From Patescibacteria group bacterium (lineage in GTDB: Bacteria > Patescibacteriota > Saccharimonadia > Saccharimonadales > JANWIN01), in the NCBI GenBank assembly GCA_035480855.1, contig DATIHJ010000019.1:16096-80095 (forward strand): a DNA stretch of 64,000 nucleotides, in the 5' to 3' direction. Shown here in pieces: positions 9,584-18,527 of this stretch. Both the position numbers and the translations under genes were made by a program. Below the pieces are notes generated by a model, which saw only the letters and a list, made by a program, of their open reading frames with translations, was not told where the DNA came from and did no database searches. Every line of letters begins with the position of its first letter. The stretch's first letter is position 1.

Positions 9584-10582
9584 ATGAAACAGCTGGATGT
9601 AATCTCTATAGGCGACATTGTAACAGATGCATTTATACGTCTTATTGATGACGAGGCCCACACTTATAGCAACGAAGAAGGTCAATGGCTAGCGATGCCT
9701 TTTGCCACTAAGGTGCCCTTTGACCATGCTGAAATCATAGAGGGGGTAGGCAATGCAGCCAACGCAGCTGTTAGTTTTGCTAGACTCGGTTTGTCGACCG
9801 CATTTGTAACTAATGTAGGCGAAGATAAATATGGACGTGATATGATCCATGCCTTGCATAAAAACAAGGTGGATAGCCGGTTTGTACGTGTTAATCCAGA
9901 TAAGCTTAGTAATTATCACTATGTACTTTGGTATAAGGAAGAACGTACCATACTGATCAAGCACGAGCAGTATGACTACTACTGGCCTCATTTACGCACA
10001 AGTGAAATACCTCGTTGGCTGTACTTTAGTTCACTTTCCAAAGGAGCCTTAGATTTTCATGATGATTTGGCAGACTGGCTTGAAAAGCACATGGACGTAA
10101 AGCTTGCTTTCCAGCCTGGAACTTTCCAAATGGAAGCCGGTGCTGAACGACTAAAGCGTATTTATGCTCGTACCGAAGTACTCATAGTCAATCGAGAAGA
10201 GGCGGCACTAGTTGGGGGTGGTGATCACGATAACATCCCTGATTTATTCAAACATTTGCACGCACTCGGGCCTAAGACGGTCGTAATTACAGACGGGCCA
10301 AAGGGCGCCTATGCCAGCAGTGGCGAACAAGCATTCAAAATGCCTCCATATCCTGACCCAAAGCCTCCATATGAGCGCACAGGTGCTGGCGATGCCTTTG
10401 CCTCAACTCTCGTAGCGGCACTTATTAAAGGAAACACTATAGAAGGTGCTCTGCAGTGGGCACCAATTAACTCTATGAGCGTAGTGCAAAAAGTTGGAGC
10501 ACAAGCAGGACTTCTCAGCGAAGAAGATTTGGGTGAGTTACTCAAAAAAGCCCCTGCCTGGTACAAAGCTGAACCGCTGTAA
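9584..10582 (+). CDS. PfkB-family carbohydrate/nucleoside kinase
   Basis: 332 aa. It has the N-terminal GVGNAANAA motif and the C-terminal PfkB signature TGAGDAF. The substrate is not assignable from sequence. Confidence 0.8.
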   Translation: MKQLDVISIGDIVTDAFIRLIDDEAHTYSNEEGQWLAMPFATKVPFDHAEIIEGVGNAANAAVSFARLGLSTAFVTNVGEDKYGRDMIHALHKNKVDSRFVRVNPDKLSNYHYVLWYKEERTILIKHEQYDYYWPHLRTSEIPRWLYFSSLSKGALDFHDDLADWLEKHMDVKLAFQPGTFQMEAGAERLKRIYARTEVLIVNREEAALVGGGDHDNIPDLFKHLHALGPKTVVITDGPKGAYASSGEQAFKMPPYPDPKPPYERTGAGDAFASTLVAALIKGNTIEGALQWAPINSMSVVQKVGAQAGLLSEEDLGELLKKAPAWYKAEPL

Positions 10583-10596
10583 TTATATTCTGCTTA

Positions 10597-10605
10597 TGCT
10601 AAACT
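10597..10605 (+). promoter_or_regulatory. Extended -10 box (TGCTAAACT) 10 nt upstream of the ATG at 10616
   Basis: TGn plus TAAACT. There is no Shine-Dalgarno between the box and the start codon. Confidence 0.4.
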
Positions 10606-10615
10606 TATAGGGACT

Positions 10616-11866
10616 ATGAGCAGACTCTTATCGGAGCTTTTGGGTGCGGCTGAGCCTATGTTTACAGGGACAATTCAGCAGCTGGAGCGCATTAGTGGCG
10701 ATCCAAATATTGATGTACGTTTAACAGCAGAAATTGCCACAAAGGTGCGCCAAAAAACACGCGAACTGGGTCTTGACCCAGCTGATACAACCACAAAAGA
10801 GCTGTACCATGCCCTGCAAGGGCTAGTACAAATCCAAGATAATTTTTTAGTGAAGGCGCTTGGAGGCAGTGATCCAACAGACGTATCAGATCTGTTACCA
10901 CGCATTATAAAAAAAGTAGAGTCCTTGCCACAAAGTAAGCGCTGCTGGGTACTAAAACACAGTGTAGCTAAGCGCTTACTCAAAGATATGCCGCCCAAAC
11001 AAGTCATGAAACAACTTGGACATCGTTCAATAGATTCTATGCTAAAGCGAGAGAATATAGATGAGCTTTTTGTAGCACTTCAATTAGCCCAGTCACAGGC
11101 CTGGCTTGAACGCTTCACAGCAAGCTATAAAAAATTGCAGCCCAGTGATTTTGAAATCCGGCCAATTAGTATCGTTCAGTTTTCGCCCAAACGCTGGAAA
11201 GTATTAAGTAAAGATTTTGCAATACAAAATCGCCACGCCATAACCTACGTTAAAGAGCTAGGTATTATTGCAGTACTACCAATACCAGTTGAACATTTGC
11301 GCGGCATTTGTATCACACTGTTGCCCCTTTTATTGCATGCAATGAACGAAATACGGCTATATAGTGCCTTTTTTAAACTTCAGCAAGTTAAACCAGATTT
11401 TGCAAAAATTGTTATTACGACTTTGACTTCCGAGCCAGTAGGAATGGTAAGCCTAGCAGGCCAACCGTTACATTGGCGGACCATCCAACGGTTTTATGGC
11501 AGGCAATCACCTAGTCGCCATCCAGAGGTGTTTGAACCGCATGTGCAACCAGAGGATTTGCAGTGGCAGCACGCCGAAGAGTTAATTTACCGAATTGAAC
11601 CTGCTCTAAAATTTTGGGAGGGACTAGACTATGTAGGAGCCCCAAACAGTGGACAACCAGTTTCACTAAACTTGCTTGATAATGCCATAAGTTATTGCAA
11701 TGACTTGCCTTACGGCCAACAGATGGTGACGCATTTCCAGGATAGTTTGTGGAATGAAGTTTTTATGCGCTATATGGATAACGAACCAGTTGAACAGCAA
11801 GTATTACAGCAACTAGATGCAGCTATTAACGTGCCAGAAGTAAGTACAGTGTTTGGAGAATTTTGA
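10616..11866 (+). CDS. Hypothetical protein, 416 aa, no recognisable domain
   Basis: A long uninterrupted ORF with its own promoter-like box. Its stop overlaps the start of the downstream LOG-family gene by 4 nt. Confidence 0.6.
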   Translation: MSRLLSELLGAAEPMFTGTIQQLERISGDPNIDVRLTAEIATKVRQKTRELGLDPADTTTKELYHALQGLVQIQDNFLVKALGGSDPTDVSDLLPRIIKKVESLPQSKRCWVLKHSVAKRLLKDMPPKQVMKQLGHRSIDSMLKRENIDELFVALQLAQSQAWLERFTASYKKLQPSDFEIRPISIVQFSPKRWKVLSKDFAIQNRHAITYVKELGIIAVLPIPVEHLRGICITLLPLLLHAMNEIRLYSAFFKLQQVKPDFAKIVITTLTSEPVGMVSLAGQPLHWRTIQRFYGRQSPSRHPEVFEPHVQPEDLQWQHAEELIYRIEPALKFWEGLDYVGAPNSGQPVSLNLLDNAISYCNDLPYGQQMVTHFQDSLWNEVFMRYMDNEPVEQQVLQQLDAAINVPEVSTVFGEF

Positions 11867-12432
11867 TCATGTATCAAATATGTATTTCCGGAGCTGCAAA
11901 AGGCCATAGCGTAGATATGGGCCATGAATTAGCACGTACTACTGGTGAACTTATAGCCAAGGGCGGGCATGCTCTATTAACTGGCGCAACAATGGGGCTC
12001 ACTAATGCCGCTGCCCAAGCCTATAAGCAAGCTGGTGGCTTAATGAGCATTGGAATTAGCCCGGCTTCCAGCAAAGTAGAACATGTTATGAAATATCGGC
12101 TACCCACCAAGCCATACGACGTAATTCTATACACCGCTATGCACTATATCGGGCGAGACGTTTTGCTGATTAATTCCAGCGACGCTGTAATAAGTATTGG
12201 TGGCCGGTTGGGTACCCTCAACGAGGCGATCATCGCACTAGAAACTCACACTCCAATTGCGTTTTTGGAAGGAGGTGGCGGTACGGGAGCCGACATAAGA
12301 GAAATTCTGAGATCTGCTGGGCGGGAGGAAAGCGACGATATACTGTTTGGCGCCGACCCTCAGATACTTATAGACCAGCTAACCAAGATTCTAGACACGG
12401 ATCACAAACGCTATATTGATTTGTATGAGTAG
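11863..12432 (+). CDS. LOG / TIGR00725-like (SLOG superfamily) Rossmann protein
   Basis: 189 aa. It has an N-terminal ICISGAAKG strand-loop and a GGRLGTLNEAI motif matching the LOG-family PGGxGTxxE signature. Confidence 0.65.
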   Translation: MIMYQICISGAAKGHSVDMGHELARTTGELIAKGGHALLTGATMGLTNAAAQAYKQAGGLMSIGISPASSKVEHVMKYRLPTKPYDVILYTAMHYIGRDVLLINSSDAVISIGGRLGTLNEAIIALETHTPIAFLEGGGGTGADIREILRSAGREESDDILFGADPQILIDQLTKILDTDHKRYIDLYE

Positions 12433-12471
12433 TGTCGTTCTAAAAGTCCAGGTATTTCAATAGTTACTTCT

Positions 12472-12480
12472 TGCTACAAT
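12472..12480 (+). promoter_or_regulatory. Extended -10 box (TGCTACAAT) 6 nt upstream of the uvrB ATG
   Basis: TACAAT lies at 12475-12480 and the ATG at 12487. There is no Shine-Dalgarno. Confidence 0.5.
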
Positions 12481-12486
12481 TAGTAG

Positions 12487-14451
12487 ATGACTAAGTTTAA
12501 ACTTCAGGCGGAGTATAAACCTACTGGCGATCAGCCGTCGGCTATTGCCGAATTGACTCAGGGCTTAGACGCAAAAACTAAAGAGCAGGTGCTTTTAGGC
12601 GTAACGGGTAGTGGTAAGACCTTTACCATGGCTAATCTTATCCAAAATACTGGTAAGCCCACGCTAGTATTAAGCCACAACAAAACCTTAGCTGCCCAGC
12701 TATATAGTGAGTTCAAGCATTTCTTTCCAGATAACGCCGTACATTACTTTGTTAGCTATTTTGATTACTACCAGCCAGAGGCATATATGCCCCGTACTGA
12801 TACCTATATAGAAAAAGATAGCCAAATAAACGAAGAAATTGACCGATTGCGGCACGCTGCGACAGACGCATTACTGACCAGGCGTGATGTAATAATTGTT
12901 GCCAGTGTTAGCTGTATATACGGCATTGGCTCTGTTGAGGATTACAACGATCTAGCAATTACTGTTAAGCGCGGTGAGCGACGTGTACGAGATAAGCTAT
13001 TACGTCAGCTTACAGACATACAGTACCAGCGTAACGACATAGACTTTCATCGTTCAACATTTCGTGTTCGCGGTGATGTAGTGGATGTTTACCCGGCGGG
13101 CGAGGAACTTGCATATAGGCTTGAACTCTTTGGCGAAGAAGTAGAGCGCATTACCAAAATCGATCCTTTGACCGGAGAAATCTTGGCAAAAATAGAAGAG
13201 CTTAAGATTTTCCCTAGCTCCCACTACGTAACACCACAGGACAAGCTTAAACTGGCCCTCGGCCAGATTCAGTCAGAGCTTGGGGAGAGGTTGGCTTATT
13301 TCAAAAAGAACGGGCAGCTTCTGGAAGCACAGAGACTGGAGCAGCGCACAAAGTTTGACCTGGAAATGCTAGAGGAAACGGGCTTTGTAAAAGGCATAGA
13401 AAATTATAGTCGTTACCTGACCAACCGTGAACCTGGTGAACAACCAGCCACACTTCTAGATTATTTCCCAGACGATTACCTTATGTTTGTAGATGAAAGT
13501 CACATGACAATTCCCCAAGTCCGTGGCATGTACAACGGTGATCGAGCCCGCAAGGAGGTACTGGTGGACTATGGCTTCCGTTTGCCAAGCGCCCTGGACA
13601 ATCGCCCACTAACCTTTATTGAGTTCGAAAAGCATATGAATCAAGTTGTCTATGTCAGCGCCACACCAGCAGAGTTTGAGCTATCTCGTAGCCCCAAACC
13701 TGCCCAACAAGTCATTCGTCCCACAGGACTTCTGGATCCAGTTATCGAAGTCCGACCTATTGATGGCCAAATAGACGATCTGATTGCCGAAATCCGAGAA
13801 ACCATAGCAAAGCGCCGTCGAGTACTGGTAACAACGCTTACCAAGCGTATGGCAGAAGATCTAACTGACTATCTCAAGGAAATTAACATCAAAGTTACCT
13901 ATCTTCATAGTGATGTTGAAACGCTGGAACGAACAGACATATTGAGAGACTTACGCCTGGGGGTATACGACGTTGTAGTGGGTATTAACTTACTGCGTGA
14001 AGGCTTAGATTTACCAGAAGTAAGCTTAGTAACCATTTTAGATGCAGACAAAGAAGGATTTTTGCGAAGTGAGCAGGCACTTATCCAGACAATTGGACGG
14101 GCTGCAAGGCACATTGAGGGTCGTGTGATCATGTATGCAGACTCAATCACAAAAAGCATGAAACGTGCAATTGACGAGACAAACCGCCGCCGAAAAATAC
14201 AGGAAGACTACAACAAAAAGCACGGCATAACACCGCAAGGTATTAGCAAAACTATAGAAAAGGGTATGCGCCCTGACTTACCTGAGGAAGCCAAGCGCGC
14301 CAAACTGGACCTAAAGAAAATCCCCAAGGATGAATACGGTAACCTAATAAAAGCCTTAACGAGTCAGATGGATCTGGCAGCTGCAAACCTTCAGTTTGAA
14401 ACCGCTGCAGAGCTGCGCGATATAATTGCCGATATAAAAGCGAAGCTATAA
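12487..14451 (+). CDS. uvrB: Excinuclease ABC subunit B
   Basis: 654 aa with GVTGSGKT Walker A, DESH, helicase motifs and a C-terminal UVR motif (FETAAELRD). Confidence 0.96.
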   Translation: MTKFKLQAEYKPTGDQPSAIAELTQGLDAKTKEQVLLGVTGSGKTFTMANLIQNTGKPTLVLSHNKTLAAQLYSEFKHFFPDNAVHYFVSYFDYYQPEAYMPRTDTYIEKDSQINEEIDRLRHAATDALLTRRDVIIVASVSCIYGIGSVEDYNDLAITVKRGERRVRDKLLRQLTDIQYQRNDIDFHRSTFRVRGDVVDVYPAGEELAYRLELFGEEVERITKIDPLTGEILAKIEELKIFPSSHYVTPQDKLKLALGQIQSELGERLAYFKKNGQLLEAQRLEQRTKFDLEMLEETGFVKGIENYSRYLTNREPGEQPATLLDYFPDDYLMFVDESHMTIPQVRGMYNGDRARKEVLVDYGFRLPSALDNRPLTFIEFEKHMNQVVYVSATPAEFELSRSPKPAQQVIRPTGLLDPVIEVRPIDGQIDDLIAEIRETIAKRRRVLVTTLTKRMAEDLTDYLKEINIKVTYLHSDVETLERTDILRDLRLGVYDVVVGINLLREGLDLPEVSLVTILDADKEGFLRSEQALIQTIGRAARHIEGRVIMYADSITKSMKRAIDETNRRRKIQEDYNKKHGITPQGISKTIEKGMRPDLPEEAKRAKLDLKKIPKDEYGNLIKALTSQMDLAAANLQFETAAELRDIIADIKAKL

Positions 14452-14844
14452 CTTAACTACGCTTTGATATTTTGGCTGGGGTTCGCTAGTTTGTTGATAC
14501 GGAGGATCTACAACGCGTGTAGTTATTAAATCTGTCAAACCTTCAATATTAAGCAGGCGACCAATTCTGCGTATTCTATTGTCGTTAGGTTCAGTTATTA
14601 CTTTTGTAACTTCTTGCCCAGCATAAAGTACAGCATAAGCGGCCCCAACAGCAGTTTGCCCGGCTTCATATATTGCTTGCCTAGTTTTACTATTTGCTTC
14701 ACTAACCGCTTGTTCACCTATAATTTTTGCAGTTAAAAAGATGCTGGTTACTTCTAAGGTACTGGTAGTTTCTTCTACTAATGCAGTAAGAGGGAATAAT
14801 TCCTCTAATTGACGATCTGGTATATCGAGTACGGCTGATGCCAT
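14446..14844 (-). CDS. Hypothetical protein (132 aa)
   Basis: Called from the ORF alone. It is convergent with uvrB, overlapping its 3' end by 6 nt, and appears AT-richer than its neighbours by eye. Confidence 0.4.
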   Translation of the reverse strand: MASAVLDIPDRQLEELFPLTALVEETTSTLEVTSIFLTAKIIGEQAVSEANSKTRQAIYEAGQTAVGAAYAVLYAGQEVTKVITEPNDNRIRRIGRLLNIEGLTDLITTRVVDPPYQQTSEPQPKYQSVVKL

Positions 14845-14945
14845 GTTTATTACCTAATAAATCTTCATCTATATGGTCCTCTTAAATAATTAGCTTGTAA
14901 AGGGGCTTATGCACAGTTTTTTGACGAGACGAGCGTTTCAACGCC

Positions 14946-14954
14946 TGCTATACT
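14946..14954 (+). promoter_or_regulatory. Extended -10 box (TGCTATACT) 6 nt upstream of the gatC ATG
   Basis: TATACT lies at 14949-14954 and the ATG at 14961. There is no Shine-Dalgarno. Confidence 0.5.
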
Positions 14955-14960
14955 TATAGA

Positions 14961-15251
14961 ATGGCAACATTACCTAGGGATGATGTATTAAAATTGGCTC
15001 AACTCGCCCGTCTGGACCTTTCTGCGGCAGAGATTGTGCAGTTCCAGCAGGAACTAGGAGACATTCTTGAATATGTGCAACAACTTCAAAAAGTTGATAC
15101 TAAGAATCTAGAACCTACATACCAGGTGACAGGGCTAAAAAGTGTTATGCGCGAAGACAAAATAATTGATTATGGTGCTAGCCCCAAGGATTTACTTAAA
15201 AACGTACCAACCACAGAAGACGGTCAAATAAAAGTAAAGAGAGTTTTATAA
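14961..15251 (+). CDS. gatC: Asp/Glu-tRNA amidotransferase subunit C
   Basis: 96 aa. The typical GatC N-terminus is present (VLKLAQLARLDLSAAE), and it lies immediately upstream of gatA. Confidence 0.9.
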   Translation: MATLPRDDVLKLAQLARLDLSAAEIVQFQQELGDILEYVQQLQKVDTKNLEPTYQVTGLKSVMREDKIIDYGASPKDLLKNVPTTEDGQIKVKRVL

Positions 15252-16673
15252 ATGGGTGCGTGGCCGGCTATTGAAGATATTGCATGTCAGGTACAGGCTG
15301 GTAAGTTAAGTGCTGTAGAACTTGTAGAGAGTTCATTAAAACTAGTCAAAGAGAAAGCGGAATATAAAGCAATTATTGCCACTATAGATGAAAGAGCACA
15401 CACGCGAGCGAAAGAGATTGATGCAACTGTCAAAAGTGGGAAAAATGCTGGTCGTTTAGCAGGAGTACCATTTATCGCTAAAGATAATTTTTTGGTTTTT
15501 GGAGCAGATACGACTGCCGCGAGTAATATATTAAAAGGTTTTGATGCGCCCTACCAAGCAACTGCAATTGAGCGATTGGAAGCAGAGGGCGCCATATGTG
15601 TAGCCAAAGCCAATCTGGATGCATTTGCACACGGTTCGAGCACCGAGAATAGTGATTTCTTTACTACCCATAACCCGCATGACAAACAAAGGGTGCCTGG
15701 TGGGTCATCTGGTGGCTCAGCAGCTGCCGTTGCCTTAGAAATGGCACCATTTGCACTTGGTACAGATACCGGTGGATCCATACGCTTGCCGGCTTCTTTT
15801 TGTGGAGTTGTTGGTTATAAACCAACCTACGGATTAGTATCGCGGTCTGGTGTAATTGCCATGGCAAGCAGTACTGATGTAATAGGGCCACTGGCGCGTA
15901 CCGTTGAAGATGCAGCTTTAGTTTTGGATGTTATGTCTGGCCAAGATCCACTAGATAGCACTACCATTAAAAGAGATGAAACTGGTTACGGGGTATTATC
16001 TGGAAATCTGAAGGGCAAAAAAATTGGCGTTGTCAAAGAGTATATGGATGGTGGAGTGGAGGCTGGAGTAGAAAAATGCATAAAGGCAGTTCTTACATCT
16101 CTAGAAAAAGCTGGTGCTGAGCTTGTAGAAATAAGCTTGCCTTCGGCTCCGTTAGCCCTACCCGCCTACTATGTTATTTGCCCTGCAGAGGTTAGCAGTA
16201 ATCTTAGTCGCTATGACGGACAACGGTTTGGCTATAGCGATAAGGACGCCAAGGATTTGGTTCAAAGTTATAGCAAATCGCGTTCAAAGGGATTCAATAA
16301 CGAAAACAAGAGAAGGATTATGATAGGTACTTATGTGCTTAGCAGCGGCTACTACGATGCATATTATAAACAGGCCCAAATGGTCAGGACTAAGCTGATA
16401 GATGAATTTGACGATGCATTTAAAAAGGTAGATTTTTTGGCTGGGCCAGTTTCTCCAACAACCGCCTTCAAAATTGGTCAAAACAGCACACCGCTACACA
16501 TGTATTTAACGGATATCATGACGGTTGCAGCTAATCTAACCGGGATACCTGCAATTAGCGTACCGGTTGGTGAAAGCGGTGGATTGCCAGTGGGGCTACA
16601 GCTGATGGCATCACAGAAAAAAGACCGGGAGTTGCTTTGGCTTGCTAAAGAAACCCAAGAGGCACTGCTATGA
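15252..16673 (+). CDS. gatA: Asp/Glu-tRNA amidotransferase subunit A
   Basis: 473 aa with the amidase signature GGSSGGSAAAVA and the GTDTGGSIR motif. Confidence 0.95.
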   Translation: MGAWPAIEDIACQVQAGKLSAVELVESSLKLVKEKAEYKAIIATIDERAHTRAKEIDATVKSGKNAGRLAGVPFIAKDNFLVFGADTTAASNILKGFDAPYQATAIERLEAEGAICVAKANLDAFAHGSSTENSDFFTTHNPHDKQRVPGGSSGGSAAAVALEMAPFALGTDTGGSIRLPASFCGVVGYKPTYGLVSRSGVIAMASSTDVIGPLARTVEDAALVLDVMSGQDPLDSTTIKRDETGYGVLSGNLKGKKIGVVKEYMDGGVEAGVEKCIKAVLTSLEKAGAELVEISLPSAPLALPAYYVICPAEVSSNLSRYDGQRFGYSDKDAKDLVQSYSKSRSKGFNNENKRRIMIGTYVLSSGYYDAYYKQAQMVRTKLIDEFDDAFKKVDFLAGPVSPTTAFKIGQNSTPLHMYLTDIMTVAANLTGIPAISVPVGESGGLPVGLQLMASQKKDRELLWLAKETQEALL

Positions 16674-17026
16674 GGCTAAGAGTATTTCGCCGTCGTATTA
16701 AGCCGCATAAATTTAAGCAGCAGTGGTTAGAACTACAGCGCCTTTGTGCTAACCGTGAAACTTGGCAGCTAGCTGTTTTAACTGCAGATAAGTTACTAGA
16801 CGAGGCACTCAAAAAGAGACGGTTTAAAGGTAAGAGTATGGGTGAGCGAATAGTATCTGCCCAGCATCAACTAACAGATAATGATGGTGTCTGGTTTGCG
16901 CATAACCTAGCTAAAAAAGTTAAAGACAAATCTAGCATAAAACTTCGCGAAAGCGATGTTAAGAAGTCGCTAGTTGGTGTGCGGCAAGCACTACGTGACC
17001 TTGGAGCGCTACATGGCAAAAACTAG
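16670..17026 (+). CDS. Hypothetical basic protein (118 aa) inserted between gatA and gatB
   Basis: The ORF overlaps the gatA stop by 4 nt (ATGA) and the gatB start by 14 nt. I recognised no family. Confidence 0.5.
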   Translation: MRLRVFRRRIKPHKFKQQWLELQRLCANRETWQLAVLTADKLLDEALKKRRFKGKSMGERIVSAQHQLTDNDGVWFAHNLAKKVKDKSSIKLRESDVKKSLVGVRQALRDLGALHGKN

Positions 17027-18485
17027 CACCGAGTATTTGCCAACTATTGGTATTGAGTGCCATGTGCAGCTGGCTACAAAAACCAAGCTTTTTGCGGCAG
17101 TGGGCAATGATGCCCGCGGTGCAGCACCAAACACTCTTATTAGCCATATTTGTTTGGGTATGCCAGGCGCGCTGCCAGTACTGAATGAAAAGGTAGTGGA
17201 GCTGGCATCGCGAATGGCTTTTGCCCTGGGTACGAAGCCTCAGCACTACAGTATGTTTGAGCGCAAACATTACTTTTATCCAGATCTGCCCAAGGGCTAT
17301 CAAATTAGTCAATTACACCAGCCGATCGTTGTCGGCGGCAGTGTTCAAATAGAAGTAGATGGTAAAACTAGTTCAGTTAGCATTAACCGCGTCCAGATAG
17401 AAGAAGATGCCGGAAAAAACACTCATCCTAGCGGCAAAGATTACAGTTTAGTTGATCTTAACCGTGCCGGCACGCCACTTTTAGAAATTGTGTCAGAGGC
17501 AGATATGCACTCGCCAGCCGAAGCTAAGGCATATGTGCGTGAGCTTTACCTACTAGTGAAATATGCTGGGGTGTCTGATGCAGACCTTTATCATGGCAAT
17601 ATGCGTTTTGATGTAAACGTTAGTGTTAGCAAAGATCCGAACAAGCTAGGAATACGTAGTGAAACAAAAAACCTAAACTCATTTAAAAGTGTAGAAAAGG
17701 CCGCCGAATACGAGATAAAACGCCAAATAGAAATTCTCGAAAAAGGTCAAAAAGTTGTGCAAGAAACTCGGGGATGGGACGATGCTAAGCAAAAGACGCT
17801 TAGCCAGCGCGGCAAAGAAGAGGCGCATGATTATCGCTATATGCCAGAACCGGACATTCCACCAATTGAGCTCACGAAAACTTACATAGATAAAATTGCT
17901 GCAGAAATGCCGGCTCTCCCAGACGACTGGCGAAAACGCCTAAATTCGCTAGGGCTCAACACAAGCTACATTGATACATTGCTCCAAGCTGAGGTTGAGG
18001 ATGAGCGGTTTAGTTACTTAGCCTTAATAGAAGATAATCTATCTCATCCGGAAATTGCTAAACATCTAGCAAATTGGTTTGTGAATGTGGAGATTCCTTT
18101 ACGCCAGGAACACAAAGCTAGTGATGACATGAAAGACTCGCAAAGGCCAGACATGTATATTCAGATATATGAGCTTGCAAAGGCCAATAAGCTTAGCTCT
18201 ACAAACGCCAAGACACTTCTTAGTAACTTGCTCATAGAAGGAATAAAACCAGAAAATATAGAGGAGTATGCCCAGGAACAAGGCTATATCCAAGTATCCA
18301 ACGAGTCAGAAATTGCCAAAATTGTAGAAGAGGTTATTAAAGAAAACACCCAAGCTGCTGAGGATGTTAAAAAAGGTGAGATAAAAGCAATTGGCTTTTT
18401 GGTTGGCCAGGTAATGCAAAAATCAAAAGGCCAGGCCAATCCACAACTTGCCCAAGAACTTCTCAAAAAACAGCTTAAGGGCTAG
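17013..18485 (+). CDS. gatB: Asp/Glu-tRNA amidotransferase subunit B
   Basis: I chose the start at 17013 (MAKTSTEYLPTIGIECHVQL, the canonical GatB N-terminus). Motifs include YFYPDLPKGYQISQ and a C-terminal YqeY-like tail. Confidence 0.93.
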   Translation: MAKTSTEYLPTIGIECHVQLATKTKLFAAVGNDARGAAPNTLISHICLGMPGALPVLNEKVVELASRMAFALGTKPQHYSMFERKHYFYPDLPKGYQISQLHQPIVVGGSVQIEVDGKTSSVSINRVQIEEDAGKNTHPSGKDYSLVDLNRAGTPLLEIVSEADMHSPAEAKAYVRELYLLVKYAGVSDADLYHGNMRFDVNVSVSKDPNKLGIRSETKNLNSFKSVEKAAEYEIKRQIEILEKGQKVVQETRGWDDAKQKTLSQRGKEEAHDYRYMPEPDIPPIELTKTYIDKIAAEMPALPDDWRKRLNSLGLNTSYIDTLLQAEVEDERFSYLALIEDNLSHPEIAKHLANWFVNVEIPLRQEHKASDDMKDSQRPDMYIQIYELAKANKLSSTNAKTLLSNLLIEGIKPENIEEYAQEQGYIQVSNESEIAKIVEEVIKENTQAAEDVKKGEIKAIGFLVGQVMQKSKGQANPQLAQELLKKQLKG

Positions 18486-18512
18486 CATTACAGCACGCCA
18501 CGGGCTTCGTGG

Positions 18513-18521
18513 TGGTACAAT
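18513..18521 (+). promoter_or_regulatory. Extended -10 box (TGGTACAAT) 6 nt upstream of the galU ATG
   Basis: TACAAT lies at 18516-18521 and the ATG at 18528. The 12-mer AATCTATTTATG is identical to the one at 4178-4189. Confidence 0.5.
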
Positions 18522-18527
18522 CTATTT

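Noticed and set aside
16974-17012. Longer gatB start at 16974
   Set aside because: The canonical GatB N-terminus (MAKT..YLPTIGIECHVQL) begins at 17013. The upstream 13 codons overlap the inserted ORF and are not GatB-like.
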